Assembly (NCBI GenBank): GCA_951406725.2
Contig: OX597816.1
Coordinates: 121,210,001-121,274,000 of the forward strand
Direction of reading: 5' to 3'
DNA: 64,000 nt
From: Octopus vulgaris
Lineage: Eukaryota
Shown one piece after another: positions 1 through 13,973 of this stretch. The notes under the pieces are model-generated. The model was given only the letters and a program-made list of their open reading frames with translations. It did not search any database and had not been told where the DNA came from. The position numbers and the translations under genes were made by a program. The stretch's first letter is position 1. Each line of letters opens with the position of its first letter.

Positions 1-133
1 AAGAACTAAAATACTAACCATCATCATTCCTGAAATCGATAAAAAAAAAAAACACCGATAAGCCGGAATTAATGGTGGTGGTAGTGAAACGAAGTGATGA
101 TTGCAATAGTCGTGTTGATGAGAGCAGCATCAC

Positions 134-169
<36 letters not shown>

Positions 170-382
170 CGCTGGCGGCGGCAGTGGTAGTGGTGGTGGT
201 AGTGGTGGTAGTGGTTGTCGTAGTAGTAATTGCATGAGTAGTAGTATTGGTGTCAGCTTCGAGGCTGGTTGTGGTTATGTTGGTGCTAGTGGTGACGGTA
301 GTTGTGAGGAAGGGTAGTCTAACCAGTAGTTCTAGTACTTTATATACATATACATACACACACACGCATATATGTATGTATG

Positions 383-441
<59 letters not shown>

Positions 442-473
442 TCACAAGCATCTATACATACATGCATGCATGC

Positions 474-532
<59 letters not shown>

Positions 533-1502
533 GATATATACTTGTCAACATTAAATACTGTTCCCTGGGAAAACCATTGGTCTGTCATTCCCAACCTTGT
601 GCATCCACAGGTGGTGCATGGTTTACTAGCAAGTAATTGAAATATGTAATCGCGAACCCACTGATCAAGTCTCTCCGGGGCACGCTGCTTTAACTCTTAT
701 CCTAATAGTACATAGAATAGCATAGCTGAATTTGCCTTTCCAAATGCTAGATCTTTTCGTTCTTGTTTTTGTTTTGTTTTTGTTTAAGGCAGCGGATAAT
801 ACTTCAACACTGATCTGACTGAATTCCCTATAAATGTCTTCACTTCCCTATGGCTTCAATCTTCAATATCTGCTAACAGTCAGTAGAGTTCTGCTGCTGC
901 TGCTGCTACTACTGTTGGTCATAGGAACACTCGTCTTAGGTTTCGTCCAAAAGAAGACTATTGGGCTAATTAATATTGGCAGATTCGCTCACTTCTTAAC
1001 ACGTTCCAACCACGAGACCCACTTATACAACTGGTACTACAACGGCATCATACTCATCTAAAGATTTAAGCTATCAAGCGCAGCAGTATATGTTTGCTGC
1101 CATGGAATATTTATCATCCCCCTTTTCAACAGTCCCGCTGTAACTCACTCGTTCTTCATACTTCATATTTCAAAGTAAGCACGATGTTGAAATATTTATC
1201 TCTTGAGTCCCCACCCCTTCCACCAAACATCACCACCACCTCACATCTGGAGTTACCCAACCCCACCTCACGATTTACACGCTTGAATCGATCTTCAAAG
1301 TTTCCAATCAAATCTCAAAAATTATTAATTTCACCATTCTAGGATTCCACTCTCTTTATCTGATAAATTATAAAAAAAAAAAAAAGGAATGCCTTCGCGT
1401 TCTATATTCAAATCCTATCCAAGCCGAACTTTGACCTTCATCTTTTGGCGTCGATAAAATATAGTTCCAGTCAAATACTGGGGTCGATGTAATCTGTAAA
1501 TC

Positions 1503-1573
<71 letters not shown>

Positions 1574-3614
1574 CTTCCATATACCTAAAATTAGAAATCA
1601 AGTTAAATAACAGAAAAAAAAAGAAAAGAAAAGCCAAAAAACATTTATGGCCCTCTCTACCTCTTTCCCCCGAACAAACGAGCCACTTAGAATATACTTT
1701 ACTATCTATTTTTCTAAATCTAAATCCAAATCTTATATTGGTTGATCTAGCTTTTTACACTTCCGGTGTTGATAACATAAACCACACAGCATGACATCCC
1801 ACAGAGCAATGATGGCCAGCTTATATGAGTTCCAAGATAGTCAACCGACAGGATATGGCAGTTTATTTCATGTAACTGATGCTTGTTTTCATACCGTAAG
1901 TCACTTTACTTCTCAACAATGTAGCCCCGTATACTTAGCTGCAAATAGGTTCCGCTAGCAGTACTGAAGTATTTCGTAAGGCTTGCAGTTCCGAGTCCTT
2001 CTCCTCCAACGGTGATGATGACAACGACTAATAGAATGCCAAGGTATCTCCAGGAAACTAGCTTTTTATGGAACTTTATCTCCACGTCCTTTTAACACTA
2101 CTCACCGTAGTTGAATACTATTGTAATACAGAAATGGTTATGCTTCATAAATACAACTCTGAAATTAACTTAACAGTGATTTGATTCAATGATATAACTA
2201 TACGGCTACTACAAGCGTCCCATTGGTAGAGTCATTAAAGTGGTAATCGCCCAGGCTCTCTGCGCTCTTTGTTTAAAACCTACCCAGATAAATTTTCCTT
2301 TCGCCCTTCCAGGGTCGATAAATAAAGTGCCACTCCCATACTAAAGGTGATTCTCCCCCTCTTCCTACCTGTATTTTTATTTCTCGGAGACATCGGCTGT
2401 TGTCAGACTCGGAGAAAAATCGTCTCTATTAGATCTAAGTGTGCCTAAGACACACCGTATGTCACTCACCATTGAGTTCAGGTTTCAAGTCAAGGATTAT
2501 TATATAATATTTACAGTGTATCTATAAATATTAGCCCACACTGTACCTATCTAAAAAAACTTAGGTAACATTGTATTTGATATAAAATATTTTTGTGGAC
2601 AGAAAAACAGAAGTCAGCCAGAAGAATTTCAACACTGTAATAGGATCATATCAGTAACCTAGCGTCATCCTTTTTTATGTTATCAACAAAGATCTCGTAT
2701 ATAGGAACAAAGTGTTAACGTATTTCCATTACAAACAGTTCGCTAAAATTTAACGTAACACAAACTAGTACTAGAAAAGAAAACAAGGCTGTTTGCACGC
2801 CAAAAATTTATTATTCCAACTAATTGCCAAGAATACATATCAATCTATCTAATTTAATTAACACCTTAACCCCATCCATAATAATGGATTTGTAGGCAGT
2901 ATCTTTGGGAACAGTTATAGAGGGTACACAGTTACACAAACTATTCTGGCTGACCTTTCTTCTGACAAAGGACATATCGTATATAGAGGGACAAGATGGC
3001 TACATATCGTTATACACAATATTGGCTGAAATCTAGAGAATACTTTGTTGTACGACTTTATTGCAAATATGAACATATATAAGTAAAAGAATTAACATTT
3101 CCCAAGGAGATTTGTAACTTCTGCAGGAAATGCTGCGTGATTCGAAACACCCAGTAACTCTAGGATAATGTGTGCAATTGTTGCATTCAAGATGCATGAA
3201 AAAATATAAATGTGTGTGTGTGTATGTGTACGTGTGCACATGTTTGTATATGCGCACACACACACACACATACACACTCACACAAGCATCAATCAATCAT
3301 AGAACATTTCGTCAGATGGAAGATAAAAAAACATTTCGATAAATTGGTAATGAAATATTCAAAGTATCAACAACTTTATTTCGCTTTATTTTCTACTATA
3401 TGTGGCTCTCGCTACTTTAGTTCGAATCTGTAATCATGACGCTTTATAGGGATACATCATACGAGAACAGAAGTTTAATGTCGATGAAAAATAGAGCCCT
3501 AAATCCAATGGTAATTTGTCGAACATTTTAGCACTTCAGTAAGTGTATGTGTATATGTTATGGATGTATTACTTATAAATAAACACGCGCGTGTACACGC
3601 ACACACGCACGCAC

Positions 3615-3649
<35 letters not shown>

Positions 3650-3827
3650 CACACACATACATGCATATGACTGTGCGGTAAGTACCAGGTTTAAAAAAAT
3701 ATAAAATACGTATTGGGGTCAATTAGCTAGACTAAAATTCTTGAAGGTGGTGCCCCAGCATGGCCATAACCTAAGGGTTGAAACAAGTAAAACATAAAAG
3801 AAAAAAAGATGTACATACATACATACA

Positions 3828-3863
<36 letters not shown>

Positions 3864-3959
3864 TACATACATACATACATATATATATATATACATACAT
3901 ACATACATACATACATACATACATACATACATACATAAATACATACATACATACATACA

Positions 3960-4041
<82 letters not shown>

Positions 4042-4042
<1 letters not shown>

Positions 4043-4237
4043 TAGGGGGTACTGAAAAGTTCCTGGCTTTGGCTAAAAGAAAATACAGGAGGATCAGTTA
4101 ATTATGATTTTACGCAACACACTTATTGCAGAGGTCCTTCAGTTTTTCTAAGGCTTGTAAAAAAACACACAAGTTTGAGCCTCCAGTCAGGCCTTTTACG
4201 ACACCCTTAAAGCTAGAAACTTTTCAGGACCTCTTCG
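4042..4237 (-). mobile_element. Mariner-derived MITE (internally deleted), copy 1
   Basis: Termini C(T/G)AGGGGGTACTGAAAAGTTCC ... AACTTTTCAGGACCTCTTCG, flanked by TA on both sides; homologous to the copies at 5443 and 16790. Confidence 0.8.
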
Positions 4238-4532
4238 TATAATCGAAAAATGTGCACACGCATATCCTGTTGCATAAAGAGTGTTATTATATGACATTCT
4301 ACATATTTGAATTCTAAAATCTGGTAGTGCTTTAATGCAGATAGAACAATATTGCTGAAGACTATATTTTCATATTTATAATGGAACTGATTTAACCAAC
4401 ACAGTTCAAGTTGACACGCCCCAAGGAAGACTCCCTGGTAAGAAGTTCAAGAGACGGAAAAGGAAGCATAAACCAACCTTATTTTTATTTTTGGTAATTT
4501 TTTTCAGTTATTCATTATTTTCCAGCAACTAA

Positions 4533-4745
4533 GACGGCGAGCTGGCAGAAACGTTAGCACGCCGGACGAAATGCTTAGCGGCATTTCGTCTGTCTTTACG
4601 TTCTGAATTCGAATTCCGCTGAGGTCGACTTTACCTTTCATCCTTCAGGATCGATAAATTAAGTACCAGTTGCATACTGGGGTCCATCTAATCGACTAGC
4701 CCTCTTCCCCAAAATTTCGGGCCTTGTGCCTAGAAAAGAAAAGAT
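4533..4745 (+). mobile_element. tRNA-headed SINE, family B (GGCGGCGAGCTGGCAGAA head, CCTTTCATCCTT..GATAAATTAAGTACCAG core, ATT tail)
   Basis: A-box/B-box-like head; many homologous copies in the window; ATTATTTTCCAGC occurs at 4514 and 4744, consistent with a target-site duplication. Confidence 0.85.
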
Positions 4746-5181
4746 TATTTTCCAGCGATTGTTTAGCAGGAATAAATAAAGAACACCGGACTAAACGCCT
4801 TGTGAGTGGACGGAGACAGAAACTGTATAGAAGCTCGTCACATACATATAAACATACACACACACACACAATCTAGATGCTAAACTAAGATTCGGAACCT
4901 AATCTACATTTTTCTACCTGTTCCTTTCCTAATGTTCTCGGCTTTTGCACTTAGAACTTTATGAGTTAGGATCTATTGCTTAAACTAACATTTTTCGGTT
5001 GAATACAGTTTGAGTGAGATAAACTCATTACGTTCCATTGTTCTCTAACATACATCTAACTTTCCAGAAGATATACACGCAAAAATCAAATTCAGTTCTT
5101 CCTTTTATGGGCACAGACAGAGAAAGCACTTTATGCAACGGACAATATAGTTCTTACCCTCTCTACTTGTTTAGACTCTCT

Positions 5182-5242
<61 letters not shown>

Positions 5243-5442
5243 CCACCAGTCTTCTAGCAGTCAACAAAAGACGAAATTAACTACCTACAGGAATAGATAA
5301 AAGAACAGCAAATAATTTGTGTATAACAACAACTCGAAGAAGTTGTATCTTAAATTGCAACTATGAAAATGGAGGGCCATTTCAGTTTAAAATACTTTTC
5401 TTCCTGTTATTTTAATTGTTACATACCATCGTTTTATATATA

Positions 5443-5658
5443 CGAAAGGTTGGTGAAAAGTTCCTGGCTTTAAGTGTTCCGCGAAAGGCCTGGTTAGTGT
5501 CCAACCTTCTGAGTTCTTTTACAGGGCTTAGAAAGACTGGAGGATCACTGCAATAAGTGTGTGATCTGAGATGGGAATATAATGAATAAAATCATAATTA
5601 ACTGATTCTCCTGAATTTTCTTTTACCTAAAACCCAAGAACTTTTCTGTACCCCCTCG
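5443..5658 (+). mobile_element. Mariner-derived MITE, copy 2
   Basis: TA|CGAAAGGTTGGTGAAAAGTTCC ... GAACTTTTCTGTACCCCCTCG|TA; the interior keeps a decayed mariner transposase C-terminus (LEDHCNKCV..). Confidence 0.8.
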
Positions 5659-5690
<32 letters not shown>

Positions 5691-5843
5691 AATATAAATT
5701 AATAATTTTAAATTTAGATAATTTAAATTTTAAATTTTATATTTTATATATTTTGTAAATTATATGAATTATTTTTATTTTTATGTTTTGGTTTATGTTT
5801 TTCACTGTTTGATTTGCTTAATAGTGGTTTTATCTCTAATTTA

Positions 5844-5964
<121 letters not shown>

Positions 5965-7521
5965 CACACAAACACACACACACATCCACAGGAAGTTGCC
6001 ATTTCATTTACTTATACTGAAAGCAAGTATTTTCAAGACTCAAATTTAAAAAAAATTTCATACTCTAAATTCAATGCGCTAATGACGCAAGTAAACTGTT
6101 ATCAAAAATAGATATTATCATGTTATGAATGAAGTAAAGATACTTCCGATTTCTCATAGTAATTCTTCATGGTCGAAAAATAGAACTGAATATTTTGAAC
6201 ACTAAAATAGCTGCATAGACGACATTCATCCACATCAGAGAACATGATGGCATTAGTTAAACCACATTGCACTCACCAACAAATAGGAATCGTAATTTTT
6301 AAAAATTTGTCGATGATGCAAGAATCAGAAAAACCTAACAGTATTATTAATTTTCAAATACGAAATCATAACACTGTAAATATATGGTGGCCATTTTAAA
6401 ATTAGTCATGTCATTTAATGAATTACAAGGTTATTTTTGTTTGGTCTGAAACAACTAAAACGAAGCCATAAGTCATAGGTTGGCGCTAAAATTGGCCGTG
6501 GGAACAGGAAGACTTTTGGCATACGCTGCTGTTGATTTACGTGCTGTTAAGACCATACCACTGAAGAAGGAGGTAACCATTTGTACCTGAGATGTTATGA
6601 GTCATGTCTAACTCATTGACTGTTGCAGTCAGAATATTTGTCATCCTTACTGAACATTTTAAAATTGTTAAACAATAACTAAACTGCGCGTCAAATGTCT
6701 TGGTCGTCCATACGCTCTCTTGCATTCTTTCTCAGTTCATTTTATTTGACTTGGTAACAAAATAAAACTATTTTAATGGTTGCTGATGTATGACTTGCAT
6801 TCTTTGTGATGTTTGGAGACATATCCATAATGCATGGACTCTCTCTATCTCTTTCTGTCTTTTTCTTATTCCCTCTCTCTATTACGCGCACACAAGTACA
6901 CACACTCACACATACTGTTGACAAGTACATATGAATACATATGTGTATGTATAGCAATTTATTCGTCGATTTTGGTAGATGCTTTGGTTGTTGCTGTTGT
7001 TATTGTTATTGGTGGTGGTGGTGGTGGTAGTGGTTGTGGGGTATAGTAGTGGTAGTAGTCCTTCTAGCACTGTTTCTGTGGTTCGCATTGTTCATAAAAT
7101 CATTGTCTTTGTAAACTTATAAGTACGTTTGCGCCTGGTTGCAGATATCGGTCGAGACTTTAGGTATATAAGCCAGATATTTTTAAAGGCTTGAATGCAA
7201 ACATGATAATAACAATATAAAATATTCCACTCAGAAATAATTCATATGTTACGAGAATATAAGTTTATCCTGAAGTATACGAGTTTCACAAAAGATGTAT
7301 TGCGATCATGATCTAGCAATGTACGCTCTTTACTTGCCTGGTACATAAACACATATACGTATGTACGTGCACATAAATACACACATACGAACGTACATGC
7401 ATGCATGTGCACGTATGTATGCAAATATGTATGCATATATGTATATATTGGTTTAAATATATATATATTTCATTTTGTATCTATTTTATTTTATCTAGAT
7501 TCACCTCACGAGCTGTGGCCA

Positions 7522-7746
7522 TTTGTTTCAGTCATTTGTTGAAACCGCCTTTAGGCGAACAAATCGAGCCCAGGACTTATTCTTTGTAAGCCTAGTATTT
7601 AATCTATCAGTCTCTTTTGCCGAACCGCTAAGTTACAGGAACGTGAACACACCAACATAGGTTTCAAGCGATGGTGGGGGGAGAAACACAGATACGCAAA
7701 CACACACACACACACATGCACGCACACGCACACACACGCGCGCGCG

Positions 7747-7820
<74 letters not shown>

Positions 7821-7982
7821 ACTGGCTTCTTTCAGCTTCTGTCTACCAAATCCACTCACAAGGTTTCGGTCGGACCGAGACTACAGTAGAAGACACTTGC
7901 CCAAGGTGCCATGCAGTGGGACAGAACCCGTAATCATGTGATTGGAAAGCAAACTACTTACAACACAGCTGCTCCTGCTCCT
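7522..7982 (-). mobile_element. tRNA-headed SINE, family A (GGCGCAGGAGTGGCTGTGTGGTAAG head, internal TA/TG microsatellite, GACTGAAACAAGTAAAAGAG tail)
   Basis: Colinear with the near-complete copies at 19611 and 32882. Confidence 0.9.
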
Positions 7983-8134
7983 ATAGCTACTTACCATACA
8001 GCTACGCTCACACATACATACATACAAATATATATATATATATATACAGATAAGAGAAGAAATAGGGCAACATGTAACATTTAGAAGTTGATCGTTAGTA
8101 CTGAATGTTCATAGTTTAATTATGGTTAAGATAA

Positions 8135-8214
8135 CATTTACAGCTGTTTCAGTTTGTTATTTTTGAAGTAAACTTGCATTTATCTCATTTCATGTAACAA
8201 ACATCATCAGAATG
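8135..8214 (-). ncRNA. Type I hammerhead ribozyme motif (Penelope-like pLTR type)
   Basis: Minus strand reads catt CTGATGA tgtttgtta..taacaaact GAAA cagct GTA aatg: stem I catt/aatg, 8-bp stem II, palindromic stem III ACAGCTGT, GUA site. Confidence 0.8.
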
Positions 8215-9136
8215 ATTTAAACTTTACCAGAGGCATATTGACAGGAGATCGAAGATTGGTAGGAGAAAACAGGCAAAAGGAAAAGGTTCGTTAGGTCGTT
8301 AGGCTTACATTTTTGCTTCCTTAAAAGATGGCACGTGTGTGAAACAGTTGCTTCAAGTAGATGAATGGAGCAGTGAGTGGGGGAAACGACCAGTTGACCG
8401 TCGGTGTTAATCGAAGAGTTATACCTGCTAGTAAATCCAGTATCATTAATCGTGACAAATAGCGCTATTTCAATCCGCTAGATAAGTTCCTATGTTAAAA
8501 ATAAGGGACGCTTTTAAAGGTTTAAGTGCGATATACGGTATAAATCTGGGTTACGTAGATAAGTATAAATAAAGTGTTGTTATGTGTGCTACAATAGGGT
8601 AAATCGCTGTAAACCTTACAGCAAGGCCTATATATAGTTACGTAATGCACTAGTAGTGCCTACAGATACATTTTCCCCTTAGACGGTTGTATAACCTCTA
8701 ACTCATAATTTATATATATATACATTTAATAATATCAGGGTAATAAAAATTTTAGAAATTTCTACTACCATAGCGTAAATTAGTCAATAGACTATATATT
8801 ATTCATATAAAATACAGTGTACATTAAAACACAGAGAATATATTCTCATCCAAAATGGATTATGTGAATTTGTAGTACTTATGAATAGTATTTCCCTTTA
8901 TTTCCTCTAGGGGCTGGTTTTGAATGTCTGGAGACAGCATTCTGTACGAATATATAAAGTGTCTCATTCTATTTTTTTACATATCTTTCTGTGTACAAAT
9001 CTGTTAGTATTAGATTCTCGTTAAGTGGAAGTATTTTGCCGTCATGGTAAAAAAAATATAATCTAGATAAGATTTAAAATAAAATAAATTGAAATAAAGT
9101 CTAAGTTCTTTATCATATATCTGTATAGCACTCTCA

Positions 9137-9268
<132 letters not shown>

Positions 9269-9570
9269 CTCTTTCATTTTCTTTCTCTACTTATTTTCTT
9301 TTATTCCTTTCCGTTGAAGAGCGTAGGCTAAAAATGTACAAGACTTTTTCATTTTTCTGAGCGTCAAACTAATACACCTGCATATTACTCATACACCTGT
9401 CTTCGTCTTTTGTTTTTCAATAAATTTCAACTACATATATAAATACATATGTATGATGTATATGTATTATGTATCTGTCGCTTTGGACGAACCGTCAGGT
9501 TACGGGGACATAAACACACCGACATCGGTGGTGAGGGACAAACACAGATACAAAAATACAGACACACACG

Positions 9571-9654
<84 letters not shown>

Positions 9655-9691
9655 CATACATACATACATACATACATACATACATACATAC

Positions 9692-9744
<53 letters not shown>

Positions 9745-9780
9745 CAAAGTGGAGTTGTAAGGTACCGCACGAGTGGAATT

Positions 9781-10052
9781 ATATATGAAAGAAGGTTTGA
9801 AAATGCAATTTTAAAAGATGTTTATTTACTTGACCGGTTTCACTTTTTCAGAAAATATATATTTTTCCCTTGTAAACTGTTCTTAACCTCTTCTTATTAT
9901 CAAAGAATGTATTTATATATATTGTAATATTTTGTGACAACCAGTACCGAAAATAACCAAGCTTTTACATATTACTTTTGACAATCTTTTTCTACAAAAG
10001 CGAAATCGGTGAAGTAAATAAACATCTTTTAAAATTGTATTTTCAAACCTTC

Positions 10053-10062
<10 letters not shown>
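9781..10062. repeat. Fold-back inverted repeat (about 75-bp arms) containing a decayed hammerhead motif
   Basis: 9781-9855 is the reverse complement of about 9988-10062; 9972-10017 reads ttactt TTGACAA..GAAA tcgGTG aagtaa. Confidence 0.75.
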
Positions 10063-10097
<35 letters not shown>

Positions 10098-10191
10098 GGT
10101 CCCGGGTTGATTCGGGGTTAACCACAGTAAATAAGGTACTCAATACATAGCAAGTAAAATTAATTTATTATATAGAAGGATTTACAGGATC

Positions 10192-10238
10192 TTCATTCAA
10201 GAGAAATCTTCAGGTCCTGAAGATTTCTCTTGAATGAA
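10192..10238. repeat. Perfect 23-bp-arm palindrome with 1-nt centre
   Basis: TTCATTCAAGAGAAATCTTCAGG t CCTGAAGATTTCTCTTGAATGAA. Confidence 0.95.
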
Positions 10239-10265
10239 ACGTTCTAGTCCTGTCTCCTTCTATAT

Positions 10266-10322
<57 letters not shown>

Positions 10323-10439
10323 ATATTGCTTCTTTCAGCTTCCGTCTACAAAATCTACTCACCAGGCTTTGGTTGGCCAGTTCGCAAGGTGTCACGCAGC
10401 GAGACTGAACCTGGAACCATGTGCCTACATCTACAAACA

Positions 10440-10476
<37 letters not shown>

Positions 10477-11017
10477 AGAGTATAGAATGCTGGTTGTTAC
10501 TCCATCCGGTCTTAGGGCTGAAAATAGGTTTGTTCTCGTTTGCAAACTGGTTCAGTTACCTATCTTAGCAGTGTATCATAAGGATGTGTAGATATGATAT
10601 CCACACTGAGTCTATTGAGACTAGTTTCTCGGAAGCTTTTGGAAAAATCTAATAGCTGTTACGCCACTGGGCGTGACAGTTGCAAACATTACGTTATTAA
10701 AAGCATTGTTATCATACCGCCACGTTCTAGCTTCGCTGTTTTCTTCTCTCTGACTACTTTGTTCCAAGGTTTGCATATATGTATATATACATACATATGT
10801 GTATATATATGCATGTATTCATGTGTGTGTATCTGCGTGTGCATTGGAACAGGAGTTGTTGTGTGGTAAGAAGTTTGCTTCTCAACCACATGGTTCAGGG
10901 TTCAGTCCCATTCCGTGGCGCCTTAGGCAAATGTCTTCTACTATACACACACGCACACACACACACATATATATACATACATACATGCATACATACATAC
11001 ATACATACATACATACA

Positions 11018-11051
<34 letters not shown>

Positions 11052-11261
11052 CATATGTGTGTGTGTGTGTGTGTGTTGTTTTATTGTTGACTTTGAGAAA
11101 ACCTGAAATAATAATTTTTTTTTTGGAACAGTGGATCTCGAAGCAAACGATAAGGCTTATAAATCATAGCGAGGGAATGTTGGATTAAAAAGAGGAACTG
11201 ACAAACCAACTGACAAACCAATCACAAGGGTTGATATAGGTAAAAGAAGAAAAAAAAGTAA

Positions 11262-11508
11262 AGTTTCTTCCCGAGTCGTACACACTCATAAGGGCAGTTT
11301 CCCGGTTTCTATGGCGTGTAAATTCCCCACCTGGATGGGAGCCGCGGTTCGTCACAGGATTACTCATATTTGTCAGCTGAGTAGATTGGAGCAACGTGAA
11401 ATGAAGTGTTTAACTCAAGAACACAACACGTCGGCCGGTCAAGAAATCGAAACCACAATCTTATGATCATGAGTCTGACACCCCTAACCACTAAGCCACG
11501 TGCCTCCG
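11262..11508 (-). mobile_element. tRNA-headed SINE, family C (CORE-like body)
   Basis: Minus strand GGAGGCACGTGGCTTAGTGGTTAG (A box)..GGTTTCGATT (B box), then GTGTTCTTGAG..ACACTT CORE-like segment; a related head is at 25748. Confidence 0.75.
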
Positions 11509-11622
11509 CATTGATATACTTACATTATAGAAAATAGCACTTAAGGAATTTTCAAGGATTGTTACGGAATTCTCACACAACATTTGTTAACATTCAACAT
11601 TTGTGTCCATCTTAAAGATATA

Positions 11623-12055
11623 GGCGCGGGTGTAGCTATGTGGTAAGAAGCTTGCTTGCCAACCACCATAGTTCCGGGATCAATCCCACTGCATGACACC
11701 TTGCGTAGGTATCTTGTGAATGTATTTGGTAGACGGAAACTGAAAGAAGCCTCTCGTATATGTATGTATGCATGCATGCATGCATACTTACGTACATGTG
11801 TGTGTTTGTGTGTCTTTGTCTGTCACCCACAATCACCAGGTGCTGGTGTGTCTGTGTTTGTCTCTTCACCATCGCTTTACAACTGATGTTAGTGTGTTTA
11901 CATACCCGTAACTTAGCGGTTCGGCAAAAGAGACCGATGGAATAAGTACTAGGCTTTAAAAAAAAAGCCCGGGGTCGATTTGTTCGACCAAAACATTTGA
12001 AGGTGGTGCTCCAGTATGACCGCAGTCAAAATTATTAAAACAAGTAAACGATAAA
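11623..12055 (+). mobile_element. SINE family A copy with internal deletion
   Basis: Head, body and tail homologous to the 19611 copy. Confidence 0.85.
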
Positions 12056-12175
12056 AAATGAAAGATATTGACATTCAAAAATATACTCGTTAACCATAAA
12101 TATATTCTTTACGCAAAATATTGTTGTTAACCTTTTGCATATTGTTAACCCAGAATATTGTAGTTAACCTTAAAT

Positions 12176-12468
12176 AGCCATGTGTTGAGAGGAGCTCTTT
12201 GGGGTTTGAATAATTCATCCTCCGGAGGCGTGGATGTTTTGTTCATTCCTAAATAAACCTTTTGAACGGAATGGGCCACTCCACCTGAAGAAAATTCTAA
12301 CTAGGCCCTACCTGTAAGGTTTATTTTGATATAAAATCAGCGTGTTACGCACATATGGTTGTGATGCATGTGCCTGGTGTACCTTTATCGGACGGGTGGT
12401 CATGATGGGTATGTTGGGCTTCGTATATTTGCAGTCCAGTGTCAATTGATAGCATGTACTACTCTCTA
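12176..12468 (+). mobile_element. Unclassified interspersed repeat (family D), probably a retroposon 3' portion
   Basis: Homologous to 28507-28812 (GCCATGTGTTGAGAGGA..GCACATATGGTTGTGATGCATGT..CTCTCT); that copy ends in (AAT)n. Confidence 0.7.
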
Positions 12469-12474
12469 ACCCTA

Positions 12475-12978
12475 AAAACTGGCATGAACACCATTGAGCC
12501 AGTCGCTGAAGGAAAGAATGTTATGGGATGCATACAGACAGGCAAATAAATAGTAACAGACCAGACATCGTCATCAAAGACCTAAAACAAAAACAAAAAA
12601 ACATACCTGTTAATTAACATGACAGTACCAACTGATAGAAACATCTCTGCAAAGGAACTTGAAAAACTGTCGAAATATAAGGATCTTGAGATTAAGATAT
12701 CAAAACCTGGCAATTAAAAACCAAAGCCATCACTGCTGTTGTAGGTGCCCTGGAAATGATCAAGAAAGGTGGTGACAAATTTTTTACCACATCCTTGGGA
12801 AATCAACAATCTATGAAACTCAAAAAACTGTTGACATCAACCGCCCACATTCTCAGGAAGATTCTCTCCATCTGATATATACACAGTCACCACCGGGGCA
12901 TCTAATATGTACGTCTCTGGTTGAGACCGGCCCAGGAGATGAAATAAAATGCAATTCAGTCGGAAAATGATAATAATA
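12475..12978 (+). mobile_element. R4/Dong-type retrotransposon 3' fragment (family 4), frameshifted
   Basis: Encodes SNRPDIVIKD..LINMTVPTDRNISAKELEKLSKYKDLEI..AHILRKILSI*; short 3' UTR ending in GATAATAATAA. Confidence 0.85.
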
Positions 12979-13071
12979 ACAATCCTCTCCAGTAAAGGCA
13001 CCAGGCCTGAAATTTGGTGGGAGGGGACTAGACGATTGCATCGACCGCAGTTTTTCACTGGTACTTAATTT

Positions 13072-13468
13072 AGAGAATAGGAAGCCGGACATAGTCTTAA
13101 TTGAGAAAGAAAACAAACTATGCTGGATCATAGATATAGCATACCCAGCTGACAACAAGGTACGTGATAAGGAAGAAAGTAAAGTCGAGAGATATGACAA
13201 GTTAGCTTGAGAAGTTAAGCAGTTGTGGTCGATGAAAACGGTAATAGTAGTACCAAAAATTGTCGGATCCCTGGGAACAGTAAACAAAAATCTCGAGAAT
13301 TATGTGGAACAAATAGGGGCTGCAATAAGGGTGGAGCACTTGCAGAAAACAGCACTGCTTAGAACAGCTCCGGAAGGTGCTCGAAAAATAAGAGGTGTTA
13401 CCTTCGTTCACTGGTAGTGAACAGCTGACACCGTAGTACATCTCCAGCGTTAGAAGCTGTGCAAAGGC
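13072..13468 (+). mobile_element. R4/Dong-type retrotransposon 3' fragment (family 3)
   Basis: NRKPDIVLIEKENKLCWIIDIAYPADNKV..KVERYDKLA*EVKQLWSMK..IVGSLG; 3' UTR runs into (TAA)n at 13469; homologous to 36396-36640. Confidence 0.88.
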
Positions 13469-13845
<377 letters not shown>

Positions 13846-13914
13846 CATCTCTTATTGCTGGCCTTGTGCCTAAAATTAGAAGCATTATTATTGTTGTTGT
13901 TGTTGCTGCTGCTG

Positions 13915-13973
<59 letters not shown>

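Noticed and set aside
14-640. Overlapping ORFs at the window start (and the similar YI/TH/CV-repeat ORFs throughout)
   Set aside because: Translations of (TAG)n, (TA)n, (CA)n and (TACA)n microsatellites.
9290-9435. CCGTTGA AGAGCGTAGGCT AAAAATGTA, resembling a decayed hammerhead repeat
   Set aside because: Both core segments are mutated; this needs a family consensus to judge.
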